Shown: positions 40,597-49,976, numbered from the stretch's first letter. The stretch: DNA of 64,000 bases from an uncultured Pelagibacteraceae bacterium (GCA_902588515.1 CACIPP010000002.1:12810-76809), one strand, 5' to 3'. Notes: generated from the sequence alone by a model not told the origin. Numbers and translations: made by a program.

Positions 40597-41931
40597 ATGA
40601 AAATAGACAAAAATGATTTAATTAATTTTTTTAATAATGGCTGTAAAAAGCCTGAGAATAGAATGATTGGCACAGAGCATGAAAAGTTCTTATTTAATTT
40701 AACGACATGCAAACCTGTAAACATCAGCGGACCCGAGCCCAACTTAGAAAGCATTTTTCAAAAATTAAAAGCTAATAATTGGAATGAGGTAAAAGAAAAT
40801 GGTGTAACAATCGGATTTAAAAAGGAAAAGTTAAATATTACTTTTGAACCTGGTTATCAAATTGAGTTATCAGGAGATACTCAGTCTAATATCCATCAGA
40901 CCTGTATTGAAGTAAATTCCTATTTAAAAGAACTTAAAAATATTTGTACTTCTATGGGTGTTGGAATAATTGGCATAGGCTTTATCCCTAATGTAAAAAT
41001 TGAAGAGATTCCTAAATTAGAAAAAAAAAGATATCAAATCATGAGAGATTATATGCCAAATGTTGGAACTTTAGGATTAGATATGATGCATAGAACTGCT
41101 GCTACTCAAATCAATATAGATTATACATCCGAAAACGATTTTAAAAAAAAATGCAAAGTAGCTAGTTGTATAGTTCCAATTGCAGCTACGTTATTCTCAA
41201 ATTCTCCATTTAAAGACAACAAATTAAATAAATTTTTATCTAATAGGTCTTATATTTGGCAGGATACAGATAAAAAGAGATCGGGATTATTACCTTTCTT
41301 TTTTGAGAACAATTCTTTTGAAAAATATTGTGATTTTGCCTTAGATGTACCAATGTATTTTATACAAAGAGGGAAAGAAATAATTGATTGCAAAGGGTTA
41401 AGTTTTAAAAAATTTTTAGTAAACTCTGAGAAATCTTTAGAAAAATATGAGCCAACTTTAGATGATTGGAAAAATCATTTATCAACAATTTTTACTGAAG
41501 TTAGATTAAAACAATATTTGGAAATTCGATCCGCAGACTCTTGTTCTTGGTCGGGTATATGTTCTATACCTGCCTTTTGGACTGGTATTTTATATAGCGA
41601 CCTAGCACTTGACGAAGCTTTTGATTACGTGAAGAACTGGAAATATGAAGAAGTTAATGAAGCTTACCATGGGTTCGTATCAAAAGGTTTCAAAACCGAA
41701 TTAGACAAAAAAAATATTAAAAAGCATGCTGAATATTTTCTTAATTTATCGAGAAAAGGGTTGGAATTAAGAAACAAACTTAACGCAAATAATGAGGATG
41801 AAAGTTGTTTTTTAAATGAGATCGAGAATATTATTAATAAATCTGAAACGCCTTCTGAAAAATTGGCTTCAAGGTATAAAAATGTTTATAACAATAATTT
41901 AAATAATTTATTAAAAAATGAAGCTTTTTAA
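40597..41931 (+). CDS. gshA: Glutamate-cysteine ligase, plant/alphaproteobacterial type (GCS2)
   Basis: Motifs include IGTEHEKF, EPGYQIELSG, and the RYQIMRDYMP region. The track start at 40588 is a TTG. The in-frame ATG is at 40597. Confidence 0.85.
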   Translation: MKIDKNDLINFFNNGCKKPENRMIGTEHEKFLFNLTTCKPVNISGPEPNLESIFQKLKANNWNEVKENGVTIGFKKEKLNITFEPGYQIELSGDTQSNIHQTCIEVNSYLKELKNICTSMGVGIIGIGFIPNVKIEEIPKLEKKRYQIMRDYMPNVGTLGLDMMHRTAATQINIDYTSENDFKKKCKVASCIVPIAATLFSNSPFKDNKLNKFLSNRSYIWQDTDKKRSGLLPFFFENNSFEKYCDFALDVPMYFIQRGKEIIDCKGLSFKKFLVNSEKSLEKYEPTLDDWKNHLSTIFTEVRLKQYLEIRSADSCSWSGICSIPAFWTGILYSDLALDEAFDYVKNWKYEEVNEAYHGFVSKGFKTELDKKNIKKHAEYFLNLSRKGLELRNKLNANNEDESCFLNEIENIINKSETPSEKLASRYKNVYNNNLNNLLKNEAF

Positions 41932-42865
41932 AATTGCGTTTCAAATGGATCCTTTGAAAAACATTAATCAGAAGACTGATAGTACTTTAATGCTTATGTT
42001 TGAGGCGCATCTTAGAGGTTTTAAATTATTTCATTATCAACCGAAAGATTTGTATCTTGAAAATAATAAGGTTAAAGCTTCTGGTTATTTTTTTACGATT
42101 AAGAAAAGCGGCTCAAAATATTTATTTAAAAGGAAGACTGTACAACATATCGATCTAGAAAACTTCAAAGTTGTTCTGATAAGACAAGATCCCCCATTTG
42201 ACTTAAATTATATAACTTCAACATACTTTTTAGAAAAATTAAGTAATAAAGTTTTAGTTATAAATAAACCAAACTCTATCAGAAACCACCCAGAAAAACT
42301 TTCTATGTTTGAATTTAAACAATATATTGTAAACACGCTTATATCTTCTGATGTTAAAAATATTCTAAAATTTCACAAAAAAAATAAGATTTCAATTATC
42401 AAGCCTTTATATGGAAATGGGGGCGAGGGTATTCAAAAAATCTCTAATAATATTTCTAAAAGCAGAAAAATAATAAATGCTACCTTAAAAAAATACAAAT
42501 ATCCTCTGATATGTCAAAAATTTATCAAAGATATTAAATTTGGCGATAGAAGAATAATCTTTATTAATGGAAATTACGAAGGTAGCGTTGCGAGAATGCC
42601 AAAAAAAAATTCAATTAAAGCAAATTTTCACGCTGGCGGAATTGCAAAAAAAACTGGACTAGTTTTTAGAGATAGAAAGATTGTTAAATCTGTATCAAAA
42701 TTTTTAAAAAAAAATAACATTTTTTTCGCTGGCATAGATGTTATCGGTAATTATCTAACTGAGATAAATGTAACATCTCCTACAGGAATACAGGAAATAA
42801 ATAGATTAAATAATTCGAAATTAGAAAAAATATTTTGGAACAAAATTGAAGCGAAAATTAAATAA
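41918..42865 (+). CDS. gshB: Glutathione synthetase
   Basis: The N-terminus is IAFQMDP...IN...DST..LM.EA. The ATP-grasp part shows KPLYGNGGEGI, GD.R.I.ING, the NFHAGG region and EINVTSPTG. It overlaps gshA by 14 nt. Confidence 0.9.
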   Translation: MKLFKIAFQMDPLKNINQKTDSTLMLMFEAHLRGFKLFHYQPKDLYLENNKVKASGYFFTIKKSGSKYLFKRKTVQHIDLENFKVVLIRQDPPFDLNYITSTYFLEKLSNKVLVINKPNSIRNHPEKLSMFEFKQYIVNTLISSDVKNILKFHKKNKISIIKPLYGNGGEGIQKISNNISKSRKIINATLKKYKYPLICQKFIKDIKFGDRRIIFINGNYEGSVARMPKKNSIKANFHAGGIAKKTGLVFRDRKIVKSVSKFLKKNNIFFAGIDVIGNYLTEINVTSPTGIQEINRLNNSKLEKIFWNKIEAKIK

Positions 42866-42868
42866 ATA

Positions 42869-42886
42869 GAGGCGGATTACCGCCCC
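42869..42886 (-). terminator. Candidate intrinsic terminator of the hsp20 gene
   Basis: The minus-strand RNA reads GGGGCGG-UAAU-CCGCCUC, giving 7 bp with one G.U pair, followed by the U-rich UCUAUUUAUUU. The plus-strand version is weaker, with 5 contiguous bp. Confidence 0.5.
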
Positions 42887-42901
42887 TATCTATATTATAT
42901 T

Positions 42902-43351
42902 TTATTGTATTTTAATTACTTTTGGTTTTTTGGCTTCAGGAATTATTCTTTCCAGAGACACCTTCAAAAGTCCATCTTTTAATTCTGCACTTTTTACTTC
43001 AGTATCGTCAGCAATTGTAAAGGTTTTGCTAAAAAACCTTTTTGATATACCTTTGTGTAATACACCACTCTCGCTATCTTTTTTTGCAGAATTACTAGCT
43101 TTTACCGATTTAATAGTTAAAAGATTATCAGCATATTCAATGTTAATATCTTTTTTATTATAACCAGCTAAAGCTACCTCAACATCATATTTGTTTTCAC
43201 CTGTTTTAACGATATTGTAAGGCGGATAATTTACTGTTGGCGCGTTAAAATAATCATCTTCAAACATTTTTTCAAAATGATCAAACACGTTATCAAATCC
43301 AACCGAAACCGGTCGTAATTGATTAAATATAGATAAAGCATTCTTGTTCAT
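42902..43351 (-). CDS. Small heat shock protein (Hsp20/IbpA family)
   Basis: It has an alpha-crystallin domain (PPYNIVK..EN.Y.VE.ALAG....DI.IE...NLLTI...........LH.GIS.R.F...F.......V..A.L.DGLL.V.L). The ATG at 43351 is preceded by a strong SD (AAAGGAGGAAATT-ATG). The track start at 43408 is unlikely. Confidence 0.85.
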   Translation of the reverse strand: MNKNALSIFNQLRPVSVGFDNVFDHFEKMFEDDYFNAPTVNYPPYNIVKTGENKYDVEVALAGYNKKDINIEYADNLLTIKSVKASNSAKKDSESGVLHKGISKRFFSKTFTIADDTEVKSAELKDGLLKVSLERIIPEAKKPKVIKIQ

Positions 43352-43356
43352 AATTT

Positions 43357-43375
43357 CCTCCTTTGTATAAGCAAG
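43357..43375 (-). promoter_or_regulatory. Candidate minimal ROSE-like SD-masking hairpin in the hsp20 leader
   Basis: The minus-strand RNA reads CUUGCU-UAUACAA-AGGAG. Pairing is C:G, U:A, U.G, a bulged G, then C:G and U:A. This matches the U(U/C)GCU anti-SD with bulged G of ROSE thermometers, but the stem is very short. Confidence 0.3.
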
Positions 43376-43445
43376 TACTTTAGAAGATCCCTGCAAGGCA
43401 ATCTTCAATATTTCAATATTTTATATGGTTATGATTTTATTTTTT

Positions 43446-45521
43446 TCAAGTGCTAAGCAATTTACAAATCTTAAGAATAAAGGAGTAATCGAATGCTATT
43501 TCTTTTATACTTGCATCTCTTCCTGATTTGCCTCCGTGACCTGCTTCCATTTCAGTTTTTAGTAAAAGAAGATTTTGATCAGTTTTAAAATCTCTAAGTT
43601 TAGCAGTGAATTTGAGTGGTTCGTCGAAGAGTACTCTACTATCATTTAAAGATGTTGTAATTAACATATTTGGATAATTTTGTTTTTTTATATTATGATA
43701 CGGGGTGTAGGAAAGGATATATTCAAAATGCTGTTTATTTTCTTTTGCATTTCCAAATTCAAAGAACTCTCCAGCAGTAAGGGGCAGTGTATGATCAAGA
43801 TTTGTTGTTAATGAATCAACAAACGGTACAGCCAGTATCATGCCTAAAAATAAATTTGGTTTCTCATTTACTACAGCACCCATTAATAACCCCCCAGCAG
43901 AACCCCCATAGCCAATAATATTGCCATCACTAGTGTATTTCTCTTTTATTAAAAATTCGGCCGAATCTATATAATCATTAAACGTATTTTTTTTATTCAT
44001 CATTTTCCCATCTAACCACCATGACATTCCTCTCTCTGATCCTCCTCTAATATGAGCAGTTACCCAAATGATACCCCTATTTATGAGACTTAATGCCGAT
44101 GTTGAAAAAGAGGGGTACATTGAAGATCCATAACTACCGTAACCGTATAATAATAATTTTGCATCACCATTCAAAAGTGTATCCTTATGATAAGTAATTG
44201 TTAAAGGTATACTTTTGTTGTCTCTAGATTTTGCATTAAGTCTTTTTACAATATAGTTTTTTGAATTATGACCTGAAGGAATTATTTTTTCTTTAACAAG
44301 CTTTTTTTCTTGGGTAGCAATATTATATTTATATATTCTTGCGGGGGTTTTTGGTGACTCATAACCGATATAAATATTATCAGTATTTTTATCTCTTTGG
44401 TATAAAGCAATACTTGGGCTAATCACGGTTTCATCTGTAATCGATAATTCACTTTCTTTCTCTGTTTCAAGGTCTCTTATTAAAACCCTAGATAAGGCAT
44501 CTTTTACCTCTGAACGTATCATCCATTTCTTAAGAAAAGTACACCCTCCAATGATTACCTGTTCTTTGGCGGGTATATAGTCTATCCATTTTCCAGGCTC
44601 TGAATGTTTTGATTTACATATTTTAAAATCTAATGCATCTAAATTTGTTCTTATAATTAATTCATTATTCCATGAATTTGCGGAATATAAAATATCTCTT
44701 TGTCTTTTTCTTATAATCTTTGGTTTCGGAATGTCTTCATCTCTTGAAAAAAACAAGACTTCAGATGTCGTATGATCCGAGGTTGAAATAAAATAATATT
44801 TTTCATCGGACGAACTATCAATTGAGCATGAAAAAGATTTATCCATTTCTTCATATATCAATATATCTTCTTTTTCTTTGGTTCCAATTTTATGCCTATA
44901 TATCTGTCTCGGCCTATGATTCTTATCTCTCTTAGAATAAAAGATAAATTTAGAGTCATATGACCACGTAATAGATCCAGATGTATGTGTTATCTCATCA
45001 TCAAGGTCTTTATTATTATCTAAATTTCTAATTTTAATTTTATAAAGTTCGCTACCTTTATCATCGACTGAATATGCTAATAATTTATCGTTATCTGAAA
45101 CTTCAATATCGCCAAGACTAAAAAAAGCCTTTCCTTTAGCTTCTTCATCACCATTCCAATAAACTTCAATTTTATTGTTAGTGTGGCTTTGTCTTAGATA
45201 ATTGGTATAATTATTTCCTTTTTCATATTTTGACCAGTAGGTGTAATCTCTATCTATAAATTTTAAACTTTCGTCATCAAGTTTTATCCTACCTTTAATT
45301 TCGTTAAATAATATATCTTGAGTCTTTTTTGTGTCTCTTAAATTAAATGCTGTATAATCATTTTCTTTTTCGAGATAGTCTCTTACCTCAGGTAAAAGCT
45401 TCTTCTTATCAGTTAAAACCTCAAGAATATCTTTTTGGTGTACCCATGAATAATCATCTATGATTTCATATCCATGCAAATTTGTTACATTTCTTTTTTT
45501 TTCAAGTTTAGGTATCTTCAT
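43446..45521 (-). CDS. ptrB: Oligopeptidase B (protease II, S9A prolyl oligopeptidase family)
   Basis: 691 aa. The N-terminus is LHGYEIIDDYSWV. It has a beta-propeller region. The catalytic Ser lies in GGSAGGLLMG, and EAGHGG lies near the C-terminus. Confidence 0.9.
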   Translation of the reverse strand: MKIPKLEKKRNVTNLHGYEIIDDYSWVHQKDILEVLTDKKKLLPEVRDYLEKENDYTAFNLRDTKKTQDILFNEIKGRIKLDDESLKFIDRDYTYWSKYEKGNNYTNYLRQSHTNNKIEVYWNGDEEAKGKAFFSLGDIEVSDNDKLLAYSVDDKGSELYKIKIRNLDNNKDLDDEITHTSGSITWSYDSKFIFYSKRDKNHRPRQIYRHKIGTKEKEDILIYEEMDKSFSCSIDSSSDEKYYFISTSDHTTSEVLFFSRDEDIPKPKIIRKRQRDILYSANSWNNELIIRTNLDALDFKICKSKHSEPGKWIDYIPAKEQVIIGGCTFLKKWMIRSEVKDALSRVLIRDLETEKESELSITDETVISPSIALYQRDKNTDNIYIGYESPKTPARIYKYNIATQEKKLVKEKIIPSGHNSKNYIVKRLNAKSRDNKSIPLTITYHKDTLLNGDAKLLLYGYGSYGSSMYPSFSTSALSLINRGIIWVTAHIRGGSERGMSWWLDGKMMNKKNTFNDYIDSAEFLIKEKYTSDGNIIGYGGSAGGLLMGAVVNEKPNLFLGMILAVPFVDSLTTNLDHTLPLTAGEFFEFGNAKENKQHFEYILSYTPYHNIKKQNYPNMLITTSLNDSRVLFDEPLKFTAKLRDFKTDQNLLLLKTEMEAGHGGKSGRDASIKEIAFDYSFILKICKLLST

Positions 45522-45526
45522 TATTA

Positions 45527-46015
45527 ATGAATATTATAATATTTGGTTTTTTATTATTCGCTCTAATATACGGATTTCTGTGGCTAATGGCCAATGCCAA
45601 AAGTGAGACCTTTTCAACTTTTTTTAGATTAAGTACAATAATAACAGCAATAGTAATAATTGCAGGGTTATTTATTGCGGGAAAATATTTACTCTCACTC
45701 CCATTTTTTGCAATTCTATCTGGAGCTATAAAGAAAAGATTATTGAATATTTTTAATATCATTTATTTATATAGACTGATATCAACAATCCTATTTTATA
45801 GCAGGACCAGACCTAATCAAAATTTTTCAAATTCCTATAAAGAGGTAAATAATGCTTATTCAATTTTAGGATTATCTCGTAATTGTACAAAAAAAGACAT
45901 AATAGAAGCACATAGGAAACTAATTAAAGAGGAACATCCAGATAAAAAAGGAAGCACAGAAAAAGCTAGTAAAATAAATCGTGCAAGAGATATACTATTA
46001 AAGATACATAGATGA
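45527..46015 (+). CDS. Membrane-anchored J-domain protein (Pam18/Tim14-like architecture)
   Basis: It has 2-3 N-terminal TM helices and a C-terminal J domain with an HPD motif (AYSILGLSRNCTKKDIIEAHRKLIKEEHPDKKGSTEKASKINRARDILL). Confidence 0.7.
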   Translation: MNIIIFGFLLFALIYGFLWLMANAKSETFSTFFRLSTIITAIVIIAGLFIAGKYLLSLPFFAILSGAIKKRLLNIFNIIYLYRLISTILFYSRTRPNQNFSNSYKEVNNAYSILGLSRNCTKKDIIEAHRKLIKEEHPDKKGSTEKASKINRARDILLKIHR

Positions 46016-46116
46016 AAATTACGAAAATTTTGTATGGTATAATAATTTATTTCTTTATTAAAAATAAGATTATTGGTTTTACAATTTTACTCCCACTTAT
46101 TTTCTTTTTTTTAATT

Positions 46117-47037
46117 TTACTGTGTTTTTAAATTAAAAAGATCTTTAAAATCTTTTTCAACATTATTAAAAACATGTTCAACGGTTATCTTGTCCATCGC
46201 TTTACTTTGATGAGTGACGAATTTGTAACCCTCTGGAATAATTGCATGAATATTTTCAGTGTAAGAAGCATATAAGTTTGGTGTATCTCCAAATATTCCG
46301 TAACTTTTTAAACCATATCCAGCTGCAAGATGCATGAAAGAAGTATCATTTCCAATGTATAATTTTCCATCTTGAATGTAATCTAGGCATGAAGTTAACT
46401 TTAAATCACATAACGAAATAACGTTTTTAATATTTAAACCTTTTTCTATTTCTGTTGCATCAATTTTATCATCTGGACCACCTGCTAATATCAATCTGAA
46501 ATCATATTTTTTATTCAACTCACTAATCAAACGAATATACTTTGAAATACTCCATTTTTTTTGATAGCCACTACCGCCGATACCAATTACTAAATCATTT
46601 TTTTTTTCTGACGAAACTTTAGAAACTAACTTAAAGCGGTTCTCTATAGTTTTTTTATTTAAGCATCTAAGAGTAAAATTGTAACCATCCTTAACGATAT
46701 CGCTTTTTTTCTTAAAAAAACCATAAAATCTGACCTGTTTTGAGCCTGCGATTTTACATATTAATGGATATTTGATTCCGTAATGAAAAATAAATATTTT
46801 GTTAAATTTATTCTCTCTTACCCATTTAAAAAGTTGGAAATTACTCTGACCCAATTCTTCAAAATATTTAATTTGTTTTAAGTGAACATCATTGCTTAAA
46901 AAATCTTTTGCACAACTTCTTGCCTTAGTAAGTAATGTGATTTTTGAGTTAAACGATTGCGAGATTTCATGTAAATATTTTAAATACAGGCATTGATCGC
47001 CTATTCCTGGTCTATTTTGTATGATAAGAATATTCAC
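46117..47037 (-). CDS. Glycosyltransferase family 9 (heptosyltransferase-like)
   Basis: The N-terminus is ILIIQNRPGIGDQ. The C-terminal part (GGSG...K.W....Y..L.........L.GGP.D........L.....LY.GNDTSFMHLAA) fits GT9. The only plausible start is the GTG at 47037. Confidence 0.7.
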   Translation of the reverse strand: MNILIIQNRPGIGDQCLYLKYLHEISQSFNSKITLLTKARSCAKDFLSNDVHLKQIKYFEELGQSNFQLFKWVRENKFNKIFIFHYGIKYPLICKIAGSKQVRFYGFFKKKSDIVKDGYNFTLRCLNKKTIENRFKLVSKVSSEKKNDLVIGIGGSGYQKKWSISKYIRLISELNKKYDFRLILAGGPDDKIDATEIEKGLNIKNVISLCDLKLTSCLDYIQDGKLYIGNDTSFMHLAAGYGLKSYGIFGDTPNLYASYTENIHAIIPEGYKFVTHQSKAMDKITVEHVFNNVEKDFKDLFNLKTQ

Positions 47038-47058
47038 GTTATTATTATAAAGAGTTTT

Positions 47059-47955
47059 ATGGTTAAAAAAAAGAAAAAAAGAAATAAGAAGAAAAAAAAT
47101 ATTTTAAAAAGAAAAAAGATAAAAAATTATATAAAGAGAAAAAATAAGTCAAAATTTAAAAGACCTAAAAATAAAAATAAAACTAAAGAAAGCCTAAAAA
47201 GTAAATTTAAGTTTTTTATTAACAAAATTTTAACTAAGTTTAAAATTTATGTAGAAAAAATAAATATTAGAATAGCAATATCGAAACTAAAAAAGATAGA
47301 AAAACTTCAAATAAAAGAAAAACAATTTCTTGAGTCAAAAGAGAGAAAAATACAAGATAGAAGGGATTTACTTTTAAAACAGATTAAGCAAGAGGAAAGA
47401 TCTAAAATAGTTGAGCAAAAAGATCACTTATGGAAACTTGGTGATAGATTTAAATTAATTCGTGACAGGTATAAAGCTTATAAACAAAAACTTAGAGATC
47501 AGCAATTAGAAGAATTAGAAATTAGAAGAAAATCACGTGAAGAAGCAAAAGCAATACTAGAGCAACAAAAAGCAGAAAACGAAGTAAAGAAAAAAGTTGA
47601 AGAGAGACTGGAGAGATATTCGAGAAATATGAAATCAATAGTATTTCAAATTAATAAGAGATATTTAGCTAGAAAAAGATCGCCCTTAAGATTTGTTGAT
47701 AATATTGCTGAAAATGGAGAGTGTTTTATAAAAAATGAAGACGCACCAACAGATAAAGATTACTTAATATTACTATTTATAAATGGTGACAGCGCCGTTG
47801 AAAGACTTTCTAACCCAATATCAATTGAAGATAAAACCGATATGGGAAATATCAAAAAATTTGAGCCGAAAGATATTTTTGATGCTTCTGACTTTATAAT
47901 CGAGAGACTTGCTATAATGTTTGATAACGAACGTAAGCTTCAAAAATCTATTTGA
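47059..47955 (+). CDS. Hypothetical protein with a polybasic N-terminal tail, a charged coiled-coil-like middle and a globular C-terminus
   Basis: The ATG at 47059 was chosen, because the track start lies inside the divergent GT9 gene. About 29 of the first 51 residues are Lys or Arg. The central segment is E/K/R/Q-rich. I recognise no family. Confidence 0.5.
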   Translation: MVKKKKKRNKKKKNILKRKKIKNYIKRKNKSKFKRPKNKNKTKESLKSKFKFFINKILTKFKIYVEKINIRIAISKLKKIEKLQIKEKQFLESKERKIQDRRDLLLKQIKQEERSKIVEQKDHLWKLGDRFKLIRDRYKAYKQKLRDQQLEELEIRRKSREEAKAILEQQKAENEVKKKVEERLERYSRNMKSIVFQINKRYLARKRSPLRFVDNIAENGECFIKNEDAPTDKDYLILLFINGDSAVERLSNPISIEDKTDMGNIKKFEPKDIFDASDFIIERLAIMFDNERKLQKSI

Positions 47956-47956
47956 A

Positions 47957-48727
47957 TTAACTTATTCTTGTTTTAACTTTACCTAATTTTTCAATATTTC
48001 CACTAAATAAACCTTTATATTTTATTGGTACAACACCCACGGTTGACCCGGTAAAAACATAAAAATTTTTATTGATAGACTTTCTTCTTCTGATTTTATT
48101 TATCAACCATACTAAAGATTTAATTGGACTATCATACACCGACTTTGTGTTACCTTGTGTTTTTGAACCAGATTTTACATGCATAAGTTCAGTTTTAAGA
48201 TTTGCAAAATTTAATTTTTTATATTTTTTTTTAGATCCATTTATAAATTTTACGTTTGCTCCAAAATCACTTATTAAATCACCTAAAGTTTTTAATCCCC
48301 TTTTTTTTTGACGATATCCTACAACCTCAATACAAGGACCCATAGATATAATATATTTGCCTATATTTTTTTCAGTCATTTTATTTTTTGATAATAGAAT
48401 TGATTTTTTTAAATAGAAAAAAACTTCAAGCTCAATTCCTAAATTGTACTTGTTTATTTTAACTCTTGAATTAGATTTTAATAAATTTCTTTTATAAATC
48501 GAAGCAAAAAATGGTTCTTTTTCACCCCATTTTTTTAACATTGCTTTACCAGTTCCTCCAGCTTTAAACCCGACAATTTCAGATTTTATTTGTTCTTCAC
48601 AGAGGCTTCTTAAGATGTTAGCTTGTTTCGAGCTATTGCAGAATTTCCTATTAATTGGACTGATTAATTTTCCTTTTATAAAAGCATTAGATAACTTTTT
48701 TGCAGTTTTTTGAAGTTCTGTACCCAT
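47957..48727 (-). CDS. 2-keto-4-pentenoate hydratase/decarboxylase-family protein (FAH fold, MhpD/HpcG-like)
   Basis: Its segments align by eye with MhpD-like blocks: GFKAGGT (GRKVGLT), ELEVFFYL (EAEIALVL), PCIEVVGYR (PALEVVGSR) and FVFTGST (ILTGAL). Confidence 0.55.
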   Translation of the reverse strand: MGTELQKTAKKLSNAFIKGKLISPINRKFCNSSKQANILRSLCEEQIKSEIVGFKAGGTGKAMLKKWGEKEPFFASIYKRNLLKSNSRVKINKYNLGIELEVFFYLKKSILLSKNKMTEKNIGKYIISMGPCIEVVGYRQKKRGLKTLGDLISDFGANVKFINGSKKKYKKLNFANLKTELMHVKSGSKTQGNTKSVYDSPIKSLVWLINKIRRRKSINKNFYVFTGSTVGVVPIKYKGLFSGNIEKLGKVKTRIS

Positions 48728-48806
48728 ACTTAATCATCTCATTAAAATATTAATTAATCAATAAATAAATATTTTAAGATCAATTTTTTGAGGTAATATA
48801 AAAATT

Positions 48807-49028
48807 ATGAAAAATATTGTTTGGTCTAAAGTTCCATGCGGTTTTTGTGAAGCAGCAAAGACATTACTAAAATCAAAAAATATAGAGTTTGAAGAGAGAA
48901 TGATTGGCAAGGAATGGACAATGGAACAATTCTTAGAGGCTGTTCCGGGCGCAAAAACTGTACCTCAAATTATTTTAGATGGTAAATTGATTGGAACTTA
49001 CGAGGATCTCAAAAATCACTTAAAATAA
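48807..49028 (+). CDS. Glutaredoxin
   Basis: 73 aa with the active site CGFC, a TVPQI motif and a thioredoxin-fold length. A GAGG lies upstream of the start. Confidence 0.8.
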   Translation: MKNIVWSKVPCGFCEAAKTLLKSKNIEFEERMIGKEWTMEQFLEAVPGAKTVPQIILDGKLIGTYEDLKNHLK

Positions 49029-49029
49029 T

Positions 49030-49938
49030 CTATTTCGCAGTAATTAGTGTATTACACGTTCTATGAAGAAATGAATGAAGTAGTACTAGTTTATCGAATG
49101 ACTTGTTATATCCACCTCCCAGAACCCCACAAAGTGGAATTTTTTTGTTTACAAAATTTCTGATAACTAAATCTTCCCTTTTTTGTATTCCCTCCGTTGA
49201 AATATTCATTTTGCCTATACGATCATCAGTATGAATATCTACGCCTGCAACGTAAAATACGAAGTCGAATTTCTTTCTATTAACAGTATTTAAAGCATTT
49301 TTTATAATTTCTAAATATTCATTATCCTCAATATTATTTTCAATTTCGATATCAAGATTGCTTTTTTGTTTCTTTAATGGATAATTTTTTTTTGAATGTA
49401 TACTAACTGTATAAATATCATCGTATTTTTCTAAAATTTTAGCAGTACCATCTCCTTGATGAACATCTAAATCAAAAATAAGAATATTTTTTAAATTAAA
49501 TTTATTTTTTAAATATAATGCTGCTACGGCGACATCATTAAAGACACAATAACCGTTTCCTTGACCAGCAAAAGCGTGATGAGAACCACCAGCCGTATTA
49601 CACGCCAATGAATATTTTAATGCCAATTTAGATGCAAGAACTGTACCACCAGTAGCAACAAACGATCTTCTCCTTACACTAGGAACCAATGGAAATCCCA
49701 GTTTCCTAATTTCATCTTTTGATAAATTTAATTTTAGAATTTTTTCCACATAATCGTAACTATGTGCCCTACGAAGAGTATCTAAAGATACCTCTTTAGG
49801 TTCAAATATATTTTTTTCGTTTGCAATTCCATCTTTTTTAAGAAGTTTTATTAATTCACCAAATTTTTTGATAGGAAACCTATGATCATCACCAATTTGA
49901 GCAACATAATCAGGATGATTTATAATTGGAACTTTCAT
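49030..49938 (-). CDS. Histone deacetylase-family amidohydrolase (HDAC/AcuC/acetylpolyamine amidohydrolase-like)
   Basis: Motifs include HRFP..K, GGSHHA......G.C.FNDVA, D.DVHQGDG and GGGY. Confidence 0.8.
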   Translation of the reverse strand: MKVPIINHPDYVAQIGDDHRFPIKKFGELIKLLKKDGIANEKNIFEPKEVSLDTLRRAHSYDYVEKILKLNLSKDEIRKLGFPLVPSVRRRSFVATGGTVLASKLALKYSLACNTAGGSHHAFAGQGNGYCVFNDVAVAALYLKNKFNLKNILIFDLDVHQGDGTAKILEKYDDIYTVSIHSKKNYPLKKQKSNLDIEIENNIEDNEYLEIIKNALNTVNRKKFDFVFYVAGVDIHTDDRIGKMNISTEGIQKREDLVIRNFVNKKIPLCGVLGGGYNKSFDKLVLLHSFLHRTCNTLITAK

Positions 49939-49976
49939 TGACTTAGGTTATTTTAAAATATCTGTAGTTATTTAAT

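Noticed and set aside
40530-40754. A 74-aa minus-strand ORF spanning the permease/gshA divergent region.
   Set aside because: It runs antisense into the gshA N-terminus, whose motifs are clear. I recognise nothing in it.
43362-43405. A sigma32 (RpoH)-type promoter upstream of hsp20 (CCTTGCAG ... CTTGCTTATAC).
   Set aside because: The spacing between the CTTG-type -35 and the CTTATA-like -10 is about 20 nt, outside the usual 13-18 nt range. The assignment also conflicts with the ROSE-like interpretation. It cannot be settled without TSS data.
46016-46116. A terminator or sRNA in the 101-nt convergent gap between the J-protein gene and the GT9 gene.
   Set aside because: Only short, imperfect A/T-only inverted repeats are present. 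There is no GC-containing stem or U tract convincing enough to annotate.
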